A stretch of 56,476 bases of DNA, filler included, from Sphacelaria rigidula (Eukaryota), in assembly GCA_964200075.2 (NCBI GenBank). It is 5 parts of 5 records of this genome, joined end to end, with 100 filler letters (N's around TTAATTAATTAA, not from the genome) between each part and the next. Parts side by side here need not be neighbours in the genome. Positions count along the whole stretch, not along the records: positions 1 to 11,217 come from CAXNAA020005225.1; positions 11,318 to 22,533 come from CAXNAA020005226.1; 3 more parts are not named here. One strand, given 5' to 3'. Positions within the stretch are counted from its first letter, which is position 1. Each line of letters begins with the position of its first letter. Positions 1 to 12,310 of the stretch are shown here, piece by piece. Both the position numbers and the translations under genes were made by a program. Under the pieces are notes generated by a model, which was not told where the DNA came from, searched no databases, and was given only the letters and a program-made list of their open reading frames with translations.

Positions 1-52
1 CGAAGATTTTAATCCTCCGGGTTCTCATCCTCAATGAAAAGCATCATCCTCA
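1..52. repeat. Fragment of the long-TIR MITE family seen at 41550-41998
   Basis: ttttaatcctccgggttctcatcctcaatgaaaag matches ttttaattctccgggttctcctcctcaatgaaaag at ~41931-41965. Confidence 0.7.
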
Positions 53-702
53 ACATAGATGATCGGCTGTTTCGGGGAGTGATATCGCGGCGACCAATCA
101 CCATGCTACTTTAGCTCGTCTACTTTTTCAAGTCTCGTAAAGGCTCTGTCTTATCGAGACGAAAACAAAAGAAGCGTAGAACGAAACAACAATCCAAAAA
201 CAGCATTTTGATTAGTCGCCACAACCATGGACCTGTCCGGCGACCAATCAACGTGCTACCTCTGGACGCTTGTTTCGTTTCTCGTTTTTTTTTTCTTGTC
301 TCGATATGGCACGACCCAAGACAGGCCGCCGTATGGTTATTGGATCAATTTTCACCTACTCTTATCGACCAAGCGAACCGCTGGGACTATTCCTTGTTTG
401 GCATGGTCAGATTGGTGCGGAGAAGCCTCCAAGTGCGTCCCAGCGACCAGTTCCGAAAAACTTCATTTTTACTGTGGCATAGCCCAGTTTCGGCTCATTA
501 CTTGTGTTCAGTATCGAGTCGTGATAAAAAATTTCAGGAGTACAACATGGGACTGGGGAACATGACCGTGATGCCAGTCGACAGAAACCTGCGTATGAAT
601 TGCAGTATCCGTACGAACTTCAGCTTGCCTTTCGGACAATGACGCCTACGGTTCAAACCACTCTGTTTCCAACACATTTGTGTCTGTAACAGGCTATCTT
701 CT

Positions 703-1600
703 CCCGTCCGCCGGAATTTTCACGTTACGTTCATCACGTTTGTGAAATTTGACGTTACGTGAGCGTTTCATTTGAATATTTAATGACCACGTTACGTTAC
801 GTCCATCACGTCGAAAAACTGAGTGTTACGTTTCGTTACATGTAACGTAATATGAAACGTTCCAATGTCACGTGCAACGTCTAATGTAGCGTTTATTGAC
901 ACGTGTACCGTTCGAATGTAACGTTTCATTCTGTGCATGTCGCGGCTCATTTACCAGTGTTGAAGGCGTTGTAACGTGTCATGTAACGCGTGACGTCACC
1001 GCGCACGTTACGGTGACGGTGGCTCGTCGTTTTTTTGAGCGTAAGCGCATTATGTGATTGTGTAATGTTACCTTCTCTACAGTGTATCGTTCATTCGTTT
1101 TTTACCGTTATGTTTTCATGTCTGCTCGTTTTTCGTCATATTTTTGTTTTCAATTTTCATTAGTACTCCGCAGCGATAACTTGAAATGTGTGCTGTGGCG
1201 CGGAGCGCGCGAACTTGCTAGAATAGGTTGTCTTATACCACGGTGATTCAAACTCACTCGTGTTTGTTGTAGCATAATTTCCCAGGATTCCAAGTTCATC
1301 GCAAATTTGAAGTGTACACCGCTTCATGTAGCGTGTTTATGACGTTTCATGTACGGTGTAACGTTTCATGCCCCTGTAACGTCTAATACACACTAAACGT
1401 GTAAAAGACGTTACACGCTCCGTGAAGCGTTTCATATTACGTGTTTTGAACGTTTAGACAATTAAATGTTAACGTTACGTTTCGTTTGGCACGTTCAAAA
1501 ATAAGTGTCACGTTGACGCTTCATTTAAAAATTTAACGGTCACGTTACGTGACGTTCATCACATAAAAACAAATTAACGTTCACGGACGTGACGTGTATA
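703..1600. repeat. ACGT-motif-rich degenerate repeat, probable non-autonomous DNA element
   Basis: Very dense (T/C)ACGT/AACGTT motifs in both end blocks; the block at ~748-810 recurs at ~1521-1563; terminal hairpin ACGTTCACG-GA-CGTGACGT at ~1577-1595. Confidence 0.5.
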
Positions 1601-1602
1601 CA

Positions 1603-1603
1603 G

Positions 1604-1677
<74 letters not shown>

Positions 1678-1693
1678 GCTGCTGCTGCTGTTG
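1603..1693. repeat. (GTT)n/(GCT)n microsatellite forming the (CAA)n tail of the adjacent minus-strand LINE
   Basis: Pure trinucleotide run abutting the LINE 3' UTR. Confidence 0.95.
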
Positions 1694-3429
1694 TCTTCGC
1701 ATCAAAAATCGTTCCTGTATCTGCGCGGTACATCCGTACTGGGCATCTGATGCGGACACCTTCTGTGGTCACAAGCTAGCTACCTATAATAAGGTATGAG
1801 GGAATCAAACAAGAAAACAAAAAAAGACCCGAAAAAAAAACTCAGATGCGATACAAGCAAAACAGGAATAAAAAATAAAGAAGGAAGAGAATGACTATAG
1901 CTAACCTCAGAAGATATCTATGGCTTCGAAAGCTTAAGGATCGTCCCTCAGGCACTTCAGCCAGTTTTGTTTCGGGCACCCTGGTCCTGGATCCTCTCTC
2001 CCCACTAATGTTCCGAATGCTATTCGCTTCGGTTGTCGTCAGTCCGGTTGTCTAGCCAGGGCTCCCGCGAACAGCATCGTTGCCGGACGATGGCTCCGGT
2101 ACTTTGGCATCAGGTCTTCTTGAGGGCCTGTGCATACGAAAGCAATCGGTATGTGCCACGCACTCGGCGGTACTCAATGACTCGCAGAAGGAGCCGGTAG
2201 TGTACCTTCCTCAGCAAGTCGTAGTGTTCGCGGCGCGGGGCTCACATCATGCATCCGTATACTAGAGCCTCCATCGCCTCTGCTTTCAGCAGTCGGACCT
2301 CGAGTCTCCACGGTGCTTTCGGTTGATCAAAGAGCTCCAGGGAGAACTTCCTGATGCACGCCCACGCTGCTCTGCTCCGATTGTTGATTTCTTGCTTGAG
2401 TTTACCTTCTTATTTGACGAGCCCGCCCGAGTATCGGAAACTACTTTTCTGGGTGTACTTCTGGCCCACTGCTTCGATGATCAGCGGCGGGGGAGGAGGT
2501 ATTGGTGACTCTTCCTTCTTCGGTGCTTGCCTCGGTACTCGCATCAATAGATTCTCCGTCCTCTTTTCCGATATGGTTAGTCCAAACGCCCCGAACACGT
2601 CCAATATAATGTTCATCATCCCCGCCAGGCCGTCGGGGATCTCGAGACGACGCCGGCATCGTCGGCATATAGTATTCTCCATACCGCTCTCCGTACACGT
2701 TCTAGAGGTGTCTCCGCCCCCCGCCCCGTCTCCTCCTCGAGATATACCATGTCCTTGATGACGATATCGTCCTCGCTTCATCGCACGAGGATTATCTCGA
2801 GCACCGCTGCGAAGAAAATGTTGAACAACAGGGGAACAGCACACACCCTTGCCGCAGTCCCTGTGTGACTTCGAACCACTCCGAGAGCTCCTCGTCGTCC
2901 ATGCGTACGCGGGTCTGCACACCGTCGTGGAATTGGCAGATAATCGCTATAATATCATACGGAATACCAGCTCGAGCCAGTATCTGCCACAGAAGCTCTC
3001 GGTCGACCGAGTCATAGGCCTTTTGGAGCTCGTCGAAGCCCATGTACAGCGATATTCTTCGCCGCCGTCCCAGCTCCTGAAGTCGGCGCACTACGGACAG
3101 CATGTCGACAGTGGATCGGTCAGGTCGCAAGTCGCACTGTTCCTACGGTAATATCTCGTGTGTTTCGCAGTAGTCGCGGAGACGGTTGGCCAATTTCTTA
3201 AGGGGCGCTTTCCCTGCGTGCGACATCAGAGAGATTCCCCTGCAGTTATCGCAATTGGACCGGTCCGATTTCTTGTACAGCACCTTGATCGTTGCGTCTT
3301 TCCAATCCTGTGGGACCTTCGCTCCGTTCCACACCTCGACGAGAATGGCATGGAAGCGTTCGAGGACGATGGGTTCGGCGCAGCGGTCGATCTTGAGCAG
3401 CTCTAGAGGGAGGGAGTCGTGTCCTCGCA
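1603..3429 (-). mobile_element. 5'-truncated, frameshifted RTE-type LINE (reverse transcriptase fragment)
   Basis: Minus-strand pieces: VPQDWKDATIKVLYKK..NCRGISL (3143-3430); [41 protein letters not shown] (2792-3130); LYADDAG (~2655-2675); then the RT C-terminus, 3' UTR and CAA tail. Confidence 0.92.
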
Positions 3430-3825
3430 TGTGTAAGGTGTATATCCCTGGGAATTTCTTGCTCGCTGGTAGTATGCTGTATTGTTACCCACCAGATCAG
3501 GTAAGGGCAGCATACTACGGTAGTGCTGAAAACTGCCTTATTAATGCGATCGAGAGTTGACGACGGTGCCTTGTAATAACGTTACAATATCCGCCGATGA
3601 TGGAACAGGCGCACATTGACTGAGTATCACTCTGTCGAACGGCACATGCGCTCCCTATATTCATCCACCGTCGTGTAGAGGTTAGCTCAGACGTGACTCT
3701 AAGCGTCGTCACAGTATTAACGTGATCAGTTTTTGTGAGACTTCGCAGACTTCTTCGTGTCCTTCTTATCGAGGGGAGTCTCCCCCGTTTATGAATTCCC
3801 CTTTTGAAAGGGGTCCCTATGCACA
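3430..3825. mobile_element. LTR-like segment (possible solo LTR) between the two LINEs
   Basis: Starts TGTGTAAGG and ends CCTATGCACA (imperfect TG...CA inverted termini); non-coding; begins exactly where LINE homology stops. No TSD found. Confidence 0.4.
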
Positions 3826-5535
3826 TTTATTATTATTATCATTATTCCCGCACACTGGTCCAATCTCTCGAACCCGTGGTCACAAACGTTGGCTCGCCTG
3901 TACAATACTGTACCGCCCTTGCTATTCCCTACAAGACATAGCGTCTTCCGTCAATTGTTTCAGACTTCAGCCTAACTACAAGAACAAACGCAATCAACTA
4001 TGATATCACCAAAATAAAAATAAGAAGAGAGACGCCAAGAAAAACATGAGAAGTAGCTCCCCCGAGTTCGAAGGGATGAAAAAAAACAAAAAACTTCAGA
4101 TCTGCCAAGAATAGCACACCGACAGAAGACGGGAAAAAAATACAAGAAAATACAGATGACACAAACGGATTAGCAAGGCATCCTCATAGACCACCACCAC
4201 AGCTGTTCGGAAAGACCGCAGATGTACTAGTGAGTATCCTACCCGATGGACTACTGGTTACTTTTTGAAGGTCCTCGGTGGGCACTAGGGGAGCTCTAGT
4301 GGTAGCACAGCAAAAATTTCCTTAGCGTGGCGTGCTTTCGTCCAGGCTGCCGTGTGCATGTTAGCCCCCTCCTCTACAGCTCGGGACCATTCGGACACGT
4401 CTGCAATCTGCGTCCACGATGTCGCATTTATTCCGGAGTACGAAGAGTAGCCCGTGATACAGTGTTTGTAGGCGCCTTGCTGGTTGGTCTGCCCTTGTCT
4501 TCCCCCCAACCATGACTCCACACATCACGATGTTGGGGAGGCGTTCATCGTGTATTCGCACAACGCGGCCGGCGTGTTGGAGGGTTCGCTCCATCACTGT
4601 GGCCTCAGGGCACTTGCAGCTAGTTCGTTCGAGAAACTCGTGGTATGGCAGTATGTGGTAGTCAGGGGCGCTGCGGCTTGAGGTATGCTTATTGAGGCAC
4701 CTCAGCAGGAGTCCTCGATGGGTCTCCCGTAACGTTCCGAAATGATCGTGTACAATCGTCCAGGTCACGCAGCCGTATAGCATTACTTCGATCACTTCAG
4801 TCTTCAGGAGATGAACCTTAGTGGCGAGCGCGATGTGCGGGTTATCGTATACCGCTCTGCTGTACTTGTAGAAGCACGTCCAGGCCTGGCCAATGCGGCT
4901 GTGGATTTCAGGAGTGACATCACCGACGCTGCTTATTTTTCCGCTAAGGTAGAGGAACGACTCATTTTGCTTGTATCTTTGGCACGCTGCCTCCACCTCG
5001 ATCGTATCCGTCTCCATTTTCGGGGAGCGCATGTGCATCGTGACCGTCTCCCTTTCCGCGGCGACGAGACTGAATGCCGCACATACGTCGACGACGGCCG
5101 TCAACATCTTTGCCAGGCTTACCCGGGACCGCGAAGCGATGCCAGCGTCGTCGGCGTATAGCATAGCCCAGAGCACTTTGCTGAGTTCGTCTCTGGTCTT
5201 CCCGCCCCTTTCAGCGATTCGGATGAGGTATTGTACCTCCGCTTTATTGATCGAGAAGCGGTCGAACGTTACCGTCAGCACCGCCGCGAAAAAGGTGTTG
5301 AACAGACCGGGGGAAAGTACACACCCTTGGCGGAGGCCCTGGTTAACGTTAAACCACTCAGACGTCTCGCCGCTGTCCAGGCGTACGTATGCTCGAATGC
5401 CGTCGTGGAATGTGCGGATGATGGAATCACTTGGCGGGGATACCGTAGCGTGCTAGAACTTTCCAGAGAAGAGAGCGGTCCACTGAGTCGTATGCCCTTT
5501 GAAGGTCGATGAAGCACATATACAGAGGAAGATTC

Positions 5536-6217
5536 CACAGGTCGAACGAGTCATTACTCGTTTAGACGGGTGCACTTGTGGGTGTTTTTCCAAAACACAA
5601 CGAGCATGACTTGAGTGCTCGTCCCATTATGTTTTTTCCACAACGAGCAATGGCTCGAGTGCTCACCCTAATAATTATTGCCACAACGAGCGATGACTCG
5701 AGTGCTCGCCCTAATGTTTTTTTCCACAACGAGCAATACTCGAGTGCTCGCCCTATTAATTATTGCCACAACGAGCAATGACTCGAGTGCTTGCCCTAAT
5801 GTTTTTTTCCACAACGAGCAATGACTCGAGTGCTTGCCCTATTATTTTTTTCCACAGCGAGCAATGACTCGAGTGCTCGTCCTATTAATTACTTCCACAA
5901 CGAGCAATGACTCGAGTGCTCGCCCTGTTATTTTTTTCCCACAACGAGCAATGACTCAAGTTCTCGCCCTGTTATTTTTTTCCACAGAGAGCGATGACTC
6001 GCGTGCTCGCCCTATTGATTTTTTCCACAACGAGCAATGACTCGAGTGCTCGCCCTATTATTTTTTCCCACAGCGAGCAATGACTCGAGTGCTTGCCCTA
6101 TTAATTATTGCCGCAACGAGCAATGACTTGAGTGCGCGTCCTATTGATTTTTACGGCCAACGAGTAGCCCAACCAGTGCGAGCGTCACGAGTCACACTCG
6201 TGCTCGTCCGGCGTATG
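5536..6217. mobile_element. Non-autonomous DNA transposon (P/hAT-like MITE) inserted in the LINE RT
   Basis: 8-bp TSD GAAGATTC at 5528-5535 and 6218-6225; TIRs CACAGGTCGAACGAG / revcomp CATACGCCGGACGAG; excision restores LAREKNLPLYMCFIDL. Confidence 0.88.
5591..6165. repeat. Tandem array of 13 x ~43-bp units with a palindromic core
   Basis: Unit ccacaaCGAGCAatgactcgagTGCTCGccct plus an ~11-nt AT-rich linker; units start near 5638, 5681, 5724, 5766, 5809, 5852, 5895, 5939, 5982, 6025, 6068 and 6111, with a degenerate first copy near 5595. Confidence 0.95.
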
Positions 6218-8544
6218 GAAGATTCTTCTCTCTAGCTAGTTCTTGGAGCTTGCGCACAACGAACATCATGTCGACTCCAGACCGGCCAAATCAGAAACCG
6301 CATTGTGCTTCCGAGAGGATTCCCTTCCACTCGCAATACGCGCTGAGGCGAGTCGCGACTATCTTGAGTACCACCTTGCCCGTATGGGACCCGAGAGAAA
6401 TACCGCGGTAGTGGCCGTATTCGTGCGAATCCTGTTTCTTCAAAGGCACCTTGATGGTGGTGTTTTTCCACTGCTGCGGCACTACTTCCTGACGTCACCC
6501 GGTGAGCATGATGTTGCGGAGGCACTTCAGGATTACAGAGTGTTCGGTGCGGCCGAGCTTCAATAGTTCGCCCCAGATGTTGTCCGTCCCAACGGCCTTG
6601 CCGTTCGCTAGCTTGCCCACCGCTTCCTTCATTTTTGCCATCGAGAGCTCCACCGCGAGTGGTGCATGCTCCGGCATCTTTTCGATGAGATCGATGACAG
6701 TGTGGTCGATCGCAGGCGAGGTTGCGTTCAGCAGTGTTTCGAATCGCGTTTTCCATCGTCGAAGGATAGCTTGCTTGTCCCGCAACAGCTCGCCAGTCGC
6801 GCTCCTGATTCAAGTTGAGTCGCTCTGTCTTTTCCCTTCCAGTTCCAAGGATTTGATATGCTGGTACAGTCCTGCTTGATCTTTCTTGCGAACAACCTCC
6901 GCGGTCCGGACTGGGAACTCGTGAACGAAGTTCTGCAGCTCAGTATGCTTCACCCGCTTGAACGCTTTCTTCGCTATCTTCAGCGCCCTCTTCAGAACAG
7001 CGTCGTTCGGGTTTGCTCGCAGATTTTTTCATACATTTTCCCTGAGATCCCACGTTTTTTGGAGACGATCCTGAGCTTGAGTTAACTCATTGAAACCTCT
7101 ATTGTAGATGGGGTTTTCTTGGGCATCGAGGGAGTGTATCCGCGACCGTCTGCCGCAGGGCGTCGGCGAAGGTATATAACATGTCGTTGACGTCCATTTC
7201 TGCGGGGGAATTGGTGACACTCGGGAGTTTAGCGACAATGGCCTGTGGAACAGTCGCTCTCCAACGTCGGTCGGATGCGCGGATATTGCGATCGACACGC
7301 ACTCTCCTATCCCCGTCTCTCGGTTTCCGTTGGCGGTTGGGAGCGTTGCGTTCGAGGAGACGGATGGTGGCTGAGATCAGCGATGGTCCAACTTAATCGC
7401 GGGGGGCACAGTGACATTTTGGACGACTCTGCGATCTTGCTGACGTACTACGATGTAGTTCAGGCGCCAGCGGTGTTCGATCTTCGGCCCCGCATATGTG
7501 TAGGCGGTCGAGCTTTCCCCGCGCATTGGTGTGCGAAAAAATGTGTTGGTGATGGCCATTTTGTGTTCCGCAGCTAATTTCAGTTGGCGTCTACCGTTAT
7601 TGTTCCGGGTGTCTCTGCCATATGTTTATTCTCTCAATACCCAAACGTCACCCATGCCTCCTCCTTCTCTCCTTCCGGTACGAGCATTGGCATCCATCAT
7701 GAATACTAGGTGCTCGTTAGTGGACACTTCAGCGATGGAACTACTGATGGTTTTCCAGAACTTGGTTTTTTCAGAACCTTGCGCTGCCTCAGTAAGAGCA
7801 TACCCTACGATCAAGGTTTTTGCAACTCTATGCCTGAAAGTAACTCGTACCTTGAGGATCCTAGCGCTCAAGTGTTCGGGGTCGATGACTCCTGGGCCCA
7901 GAGTGCTGGCGATAGACTCCTTAATGGCGAAGCCGACTCCGACCATTCCCGGTATACCCCCGTCTCCATGGCAGTGGCCGCTGCAGCGAACGATGTACCT
8001 GATGCCGGTGCGTGGAAGGTTATTCGTCCATCACGCCGGGCTTGTTGAAGGGCGACGAAATGACAGTTGTATTCACATGCAAAAAGCAGCAGGTTCTCGG
8101 CGTGGCCTGTGCCGTTGGAACCTCTCTCGGACATGGTGCGTAAATTCCAAGTGGCAACCACCAGCTCTTTGGATCGAGACTCCACCCTTGCGGTGGGGCG
8201 ATGGGCGCGAACCTGAGCCTTGGCTGCTCGCCGGGCTGGTCTTTTCCTCCCTGTTTTCCTTCGTTTTGCTATGTCCCTTTCCTGTTGGTATTTGATCCAG
8301 TGTTTGTGGGCTATTCTCTGTTTCCACGCACTCTTCTGCCTACGCTGGTTCATGCTTCTTTGTTCCTGCACGGGGTTCAGCGGGCCTCGCGCACGTCGAC
8401 CTCCACCAAGTCGACCTTTGTGTTTACACGCACGCCGCTGTCTGCTCTCAGAGCTACGCCAGCAATGCTTTCGGAGGTGGTGATGATTGGTCGGATTACC
8501 GGCCCCCACCGGCAGGGGTAGGGCGTGTTCCGATGTCATCGCCA

Positions 8545-8937
8545 TGTAAGAGCAAATGTACGAATGTTAACCACTGTATGTATAAGACACAGTCGGACAG
8601 TGAGTGTGACGTATCCTACCCGGACGGTGTGTGTGTGTGTGTGTAGGTCGCAGCTTCTCACTCGGTGAAAGCGTACGGAGTGTGCGGAGCCGTGACGTGG
8701 ACTTGAACAGGGCGGACTTTGCACGCCGGTTTGGGTTGAGGTACAGAACTGAGAGAGTGGGGAAGGCACCCACGGGGATACCTCCCGAGACGGGAGAATG
8801 ACGATCTCAGACTGGGGATTGGAGGATGACAGTCCCAGGGTGATAGACTCGGGAAGACGGTCCGGGTTGACTGGCCCGGGGTTATTAGTAAGCGGGTCGG
8901 GTCATACAGAGGTCATAATAACACATGGTGCAGTGAG
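8545..8937 (+). mobile_element. Putative 5' LTR plus primer-binding site
   Basis: TGTAAG at 8545 to ATAACACA at 8925, followed directly by TGGTGCAGTGAG (two mismatches from the tRNA-His-type PBS TGGTGCCGTGAC). No partner LTR or pol in this contig. Confidence 0.4.
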
Positions 8938-9491
8938 TAATGCCAGCGCGATGGGCATTCAATCCCACACCACTGTGGTGCGGAGCAGTTAAACAGTAGT
9001 AGGAGTTACTCTCCGCACAATCCGAGTGTTTTACTCTTCCAGGGGTGGTTGTCTTAGTTGGTGTAAGCCTGGTCTCGGTGGTTCGGGTCCACGCCCGGTG
9101 GAGAGTGTCGACTGTATCACGGGTGTCAAATGTTGAACACCGTTCAGCTTGCGGGTGCGGGTCACTTTGACAGTGCGAGTCACCCAGCTCCCGTACGGAC
9201 GTGGTGCGGAGCATTTTGACAGTGGATGTCATTGATTCTCCGTACCGCCCAAAATGCTGCGTCTTTCCGTGGGCCGCTATTGTCAGCCGACCCAACTCGG
9301 CCTCAGCGCTCGAGGCTGGGCCGGGGGATGACGCAAAACTACTACCGGACGAAGCAGCGGTTCGTGAGTTTGAGAGTAAATGAAACAATTGAGAGGCACG
9401 GTGACCTCTTTTGAGTCTTATGACGGCCTGTTGCCTACTGCTGCTGTATGTTTGACTGTCGCCGCGTGTTGTGGTTGGTATTGGGTAGGGT

Positions 9492-9680
9492 TTGGTTCCG
9501 CGGGATCGCGTTTGGTGACGGGTCGCAACATGCAGTTCAGTAACAACGGTAGTTCTTAGCATGTTGCATTTGGTCTCGTCGCCGTTGGTTCCGCGGGATC
9601 GCGTTTGGTGACGGGTCGCAACATGCAGTTCAGCAATAGCGGTAGTTCTTAGCATGTTGCATTTGGTCTCGTCGCCGTTG
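9492..9680. repeat. 93-bp tandem duplication (2 copies)
   Basis: ttggttccgcgggatcgcg...gtcgccgttg at 9492 and 9585, nearly identical. Confidence 0.92.
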
Positions 9681-10403
9681 TTCTTGTGCTACAGTATCTC
9701 AAATTGTATATGTTGTCCCCGAGGGGACGGACCTCACAAGGCGGTAGTGAAATGCCGAGGAAATCCTGCCGGAGCACTGCAAGCAGGGCTAACCCGACGA
9801 TTGCAAAAACAGGTGTGAAAATGACACTCGGTGAGTGTCAATCAGTTTTCACACTGATTAGAACAGATACTACACATGATCTTAGCCAAAAGGCCGAGAA
9901 GGTATGTCCGTTGAATCGTGTGTGACGTTTTATCAATTCACATCTTTCTGAAAACCCCGTGGTCCCGACTCTACCGATCGAATACAAAAAATATTACTGT
10001 CAGCTCTCGGTCAGCTAAGTATTTTTCAGGCATCTATTATTACATTGTTAGCGATAGCGCACTGCTCATTGAAATCCGTCTGCTGCTGTTATTGCTGCCA
10101 TGTACCTGGCCGGAGGTGTAAAGAGATCAGTCTGTTCAGCTACGCATGGACGTTTCCTTTAGCTTTATGTCGGCGAGACATCCGTCGCACCAGTAACGAA
10201 GGAAGTGCCATGTTCACACGCGCCATTCGCGTCGGTTGTGGTATGCGGTTTTGGCAGTTACAGCTCTGTCTGGGACTGTACACACAAATGATACGTTTTG
10301 AAAATTCTGTTGTCCGGTGCCTACTACTATTATTATTGTCAGTTCTCATGTCCAGCAAACCGAACATGGCCGACAGGGGGATTGAGTGAGTACTGCACCG
10401 TTG

Positions 10404-10404
10404 T

Positions 10405-10460
<56 letters not shown>

Positions 10461-10870
10461 ATGTTGTTGCTGTCTTCACATTAAAAACCGTTCCGATATC
10501 TGCGCAGTGCTCTGTACTGGGGATCTGATGCCGACGTCTTCCGTGGTCACAGGCTGACTATCCCAAGCTAGGGAAAAGAAAAATCATGAAAAAAAATTCT
10601 CAACATGTAGAGGCACGTAATCGGCGGGAAGCAGGAAGAAGGGACTATGCATATACACTAGTACATATGGAAGGGATAGGCCCCTTGATAAGTTCTACAA
10701 GACGTTGGTCTCTTCTTCAGCAGTTTGGTGCGGAGTACACACCGGGTTGTGTCGCGTGTGGGCGAGGTAGTTGGGTGAAGTTGCATAGCAAAGATGCCCC
10801 GCGTTCATGCGAGGAATGTTCCTTCCGGGTTATTCCCCCGAGGTATTCCCCCGAGGAATTCCAGGAACGG
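10404..10870 (-). mobile_element. 3' end of a LINE/SINE related to the 1603-3429 family, with a (CAG/CAA)n tail
   Basis: 10471-10560 aligns with 1692-1780 (tgtcttc.catc/ttaaaaa.cgttcc..tatctgcgc.gt...gtactggg.atctgatgc.gac..cttc.gtggtcaca); (GCT)n run at 10412-10460. Upstream boundary approximate. Confidence 0.7.
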
Positions 10871-11144
10871 TTCTGACTCTATCTGTGTAACCCCGTCCAG
10901 GACAACCGTTCTGGACGGCCATCTGACGTCACTCTATCGGTCAATCTATGGTGGCATTTACATACAGTCAGTGCAGTATGTAATATGTACGTGTCGAGGG
11001 GAATGTACTCGTTTACCTCAGAAGGGTGATACTCGTACAGTGTATAGTGCCGCAATACAGCAGACATGTATGCAGTGGTGGTACGAGTACTGACAACAGC
11101 GGATAGTACAGTCAGCATTTTCGGAGAGAGGTACGGATATACTC

Positions 11145-11217
11145 TGAACATAAGGCCACCGTGATGAAACGGACCCTCCTATACGCCGGCCACGTTGAGC
11201 GCATGCACGACGATCCC
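11145..11217 (+). pseudogene. RTE LINE C-terminal fragment at the contig end
   Basis: Plus strand reads KATVMKRTLLYAGHVERMHDD, homologous to [21 protein letters not shown] in the 4361-5281 ORF. Confidence 0.75.
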
Positions 11218-11317
11218 NNNNNNNNNNNNNNNNNNNNNNNNNNNNNNNNNNNNNNNNNNNNTTAATTAATTAANNNNNNNNNNNNNNNNNNNNNNNNNNN
11301 NNNNNNNNNNNNNNNNN
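11218..11317. other. Artificial contig-joining linker (N44-TTAATTAATTAA-N44)
   Basis: 100-nt N block with a central six-frame-stop linker; same layout repeated at ~11.3-kb intervals. Confidence 0.97.
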
Positions 11318-12310
11318 AAACGGCGTTTTTGAGCCTTCTTCGACGTGGACATGGAAATTCAAGCATCAGTTGATCGACTTCTGCGACGAAAATTTGTGGA
11401 GCCCATCCTTGGGTTATGCGGAGGCAGAGAGTTTGCGAACAAAATGAAGAAAAAACTATATCGTAGTGACGTTTTTCTGGGGTCCTAAAATGGAGACTAT
11501 TTCGAAAATCGGGTAGGCACTGTCGCTTGGCGTGGTGACCCCCGTAATATGGTAACAAAAAAAAATCAAGAAACCTCGTCCATCCAAAGTTGCAGAATGT
11601 CCCAAAGCACAGTTGTACAAAATTTCAGGGTCTAACTCCTTAAAACGGCGTGAGGTTTTTGGCTTTGGTATGATGAACTCTGCCGTGATGGGGTGAAACC
11701 GCAAACTACTTGAGTTTAGTACAAAAACGGCGTCTTTGGGTCTTCTTTGACGTGAGCATGGAAATTCAAGCATCAGTTGATCGAGTTTTGCGACAAAAAC
11801 ATGTGGAGCCCATCCTTGGGTTATGCGGAGGCAGATAGCTTGCGAAGAAATGAAAAAATATATATATCGTAGTGACGTTTTTCTGGGGTCCTAAAATGGA
11901 GACTATTTCGAAAATCGGGTAGGCACTGTCGCTTGGCGTGGTGACCCCCGTAATACGGTAACAAAAGAACAAGAAAAAAAAAATCGTCCATCCAAAGTTG
12001 CATAATGTCCCACAGCGCAGTTGTACAAAATTTCAGGGTCTAACTCCTTAAAACGGCGTGAGGTTTTTGGTTTTTGTGCGATGAACTTTTCCGTGCCGGG
12101 ATGAAACCGCAAAGTACTTCGTTTTAGTATAAAGACGGCGTTTTGGGGTCTTCTTTGACGTGAGGTTGGAAATCCAAGCATCAGTTGATCGAATTTTGCG
12201 ACGAAAATTTGTGGGGCCCATCCTTGAGTTATACGGAGGCAGATAGTTCGCGAAGAAATGAAGAAAACACATCGTAGTGCCGTTTTTCTGAGGTCCCAGG
12301 ATGGAGACTA
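11318..12310. repeat. Tandem repeat, ~408-bp unit, ~2.4 copies, running off the contig start
   Basis: aa(t/a)t(t/c)caagcatcagttgatcga recurs near 11356, 11764 and 12172; the intervening sequence aligns unit to unit. Confidence 0.92.

Larger units (their letters stand above)
3826..8545 (-). mobile_element. Near full-length decayed RTE-type LINE (APE endonuclease + RT), interrupted by a MITE
   Basis: APE motifs VVATWNLRTM..FVALQQ, FMMDANARTG, ITNTFF..LNYIVV..DHR; RT motifs [69 protein letters not shown]; (TAA)n tail at 3826-3846; many frameshifts. Confidence 0.93.

Noticed and set aside
1574-1779. Poly-Q/T/V ORFs (also poly-C at 10298, poly-P/G at 32891-33338 and YVCM repeats at 42598-43055)
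   Set aside because: These are translations of microsatellites or homopolymers.
5591-6165. CRISPR-like array (palindromic repeats with spacers)
   Set aside because: The linkers are only ~11 nt, AT-rich and recurrent rather than unique. No cas genes are present and the array sits inside a TIR/TSD-bounded eukaryotic element.
8480-8545. HDV-like ribozyme at the RTE LINE 5' end
   Set aside because: TCGGA/TCCGA pairing and a hairpin exist, but I could not place P1/P3 or the catalytic C. An Infernal search would be needed.
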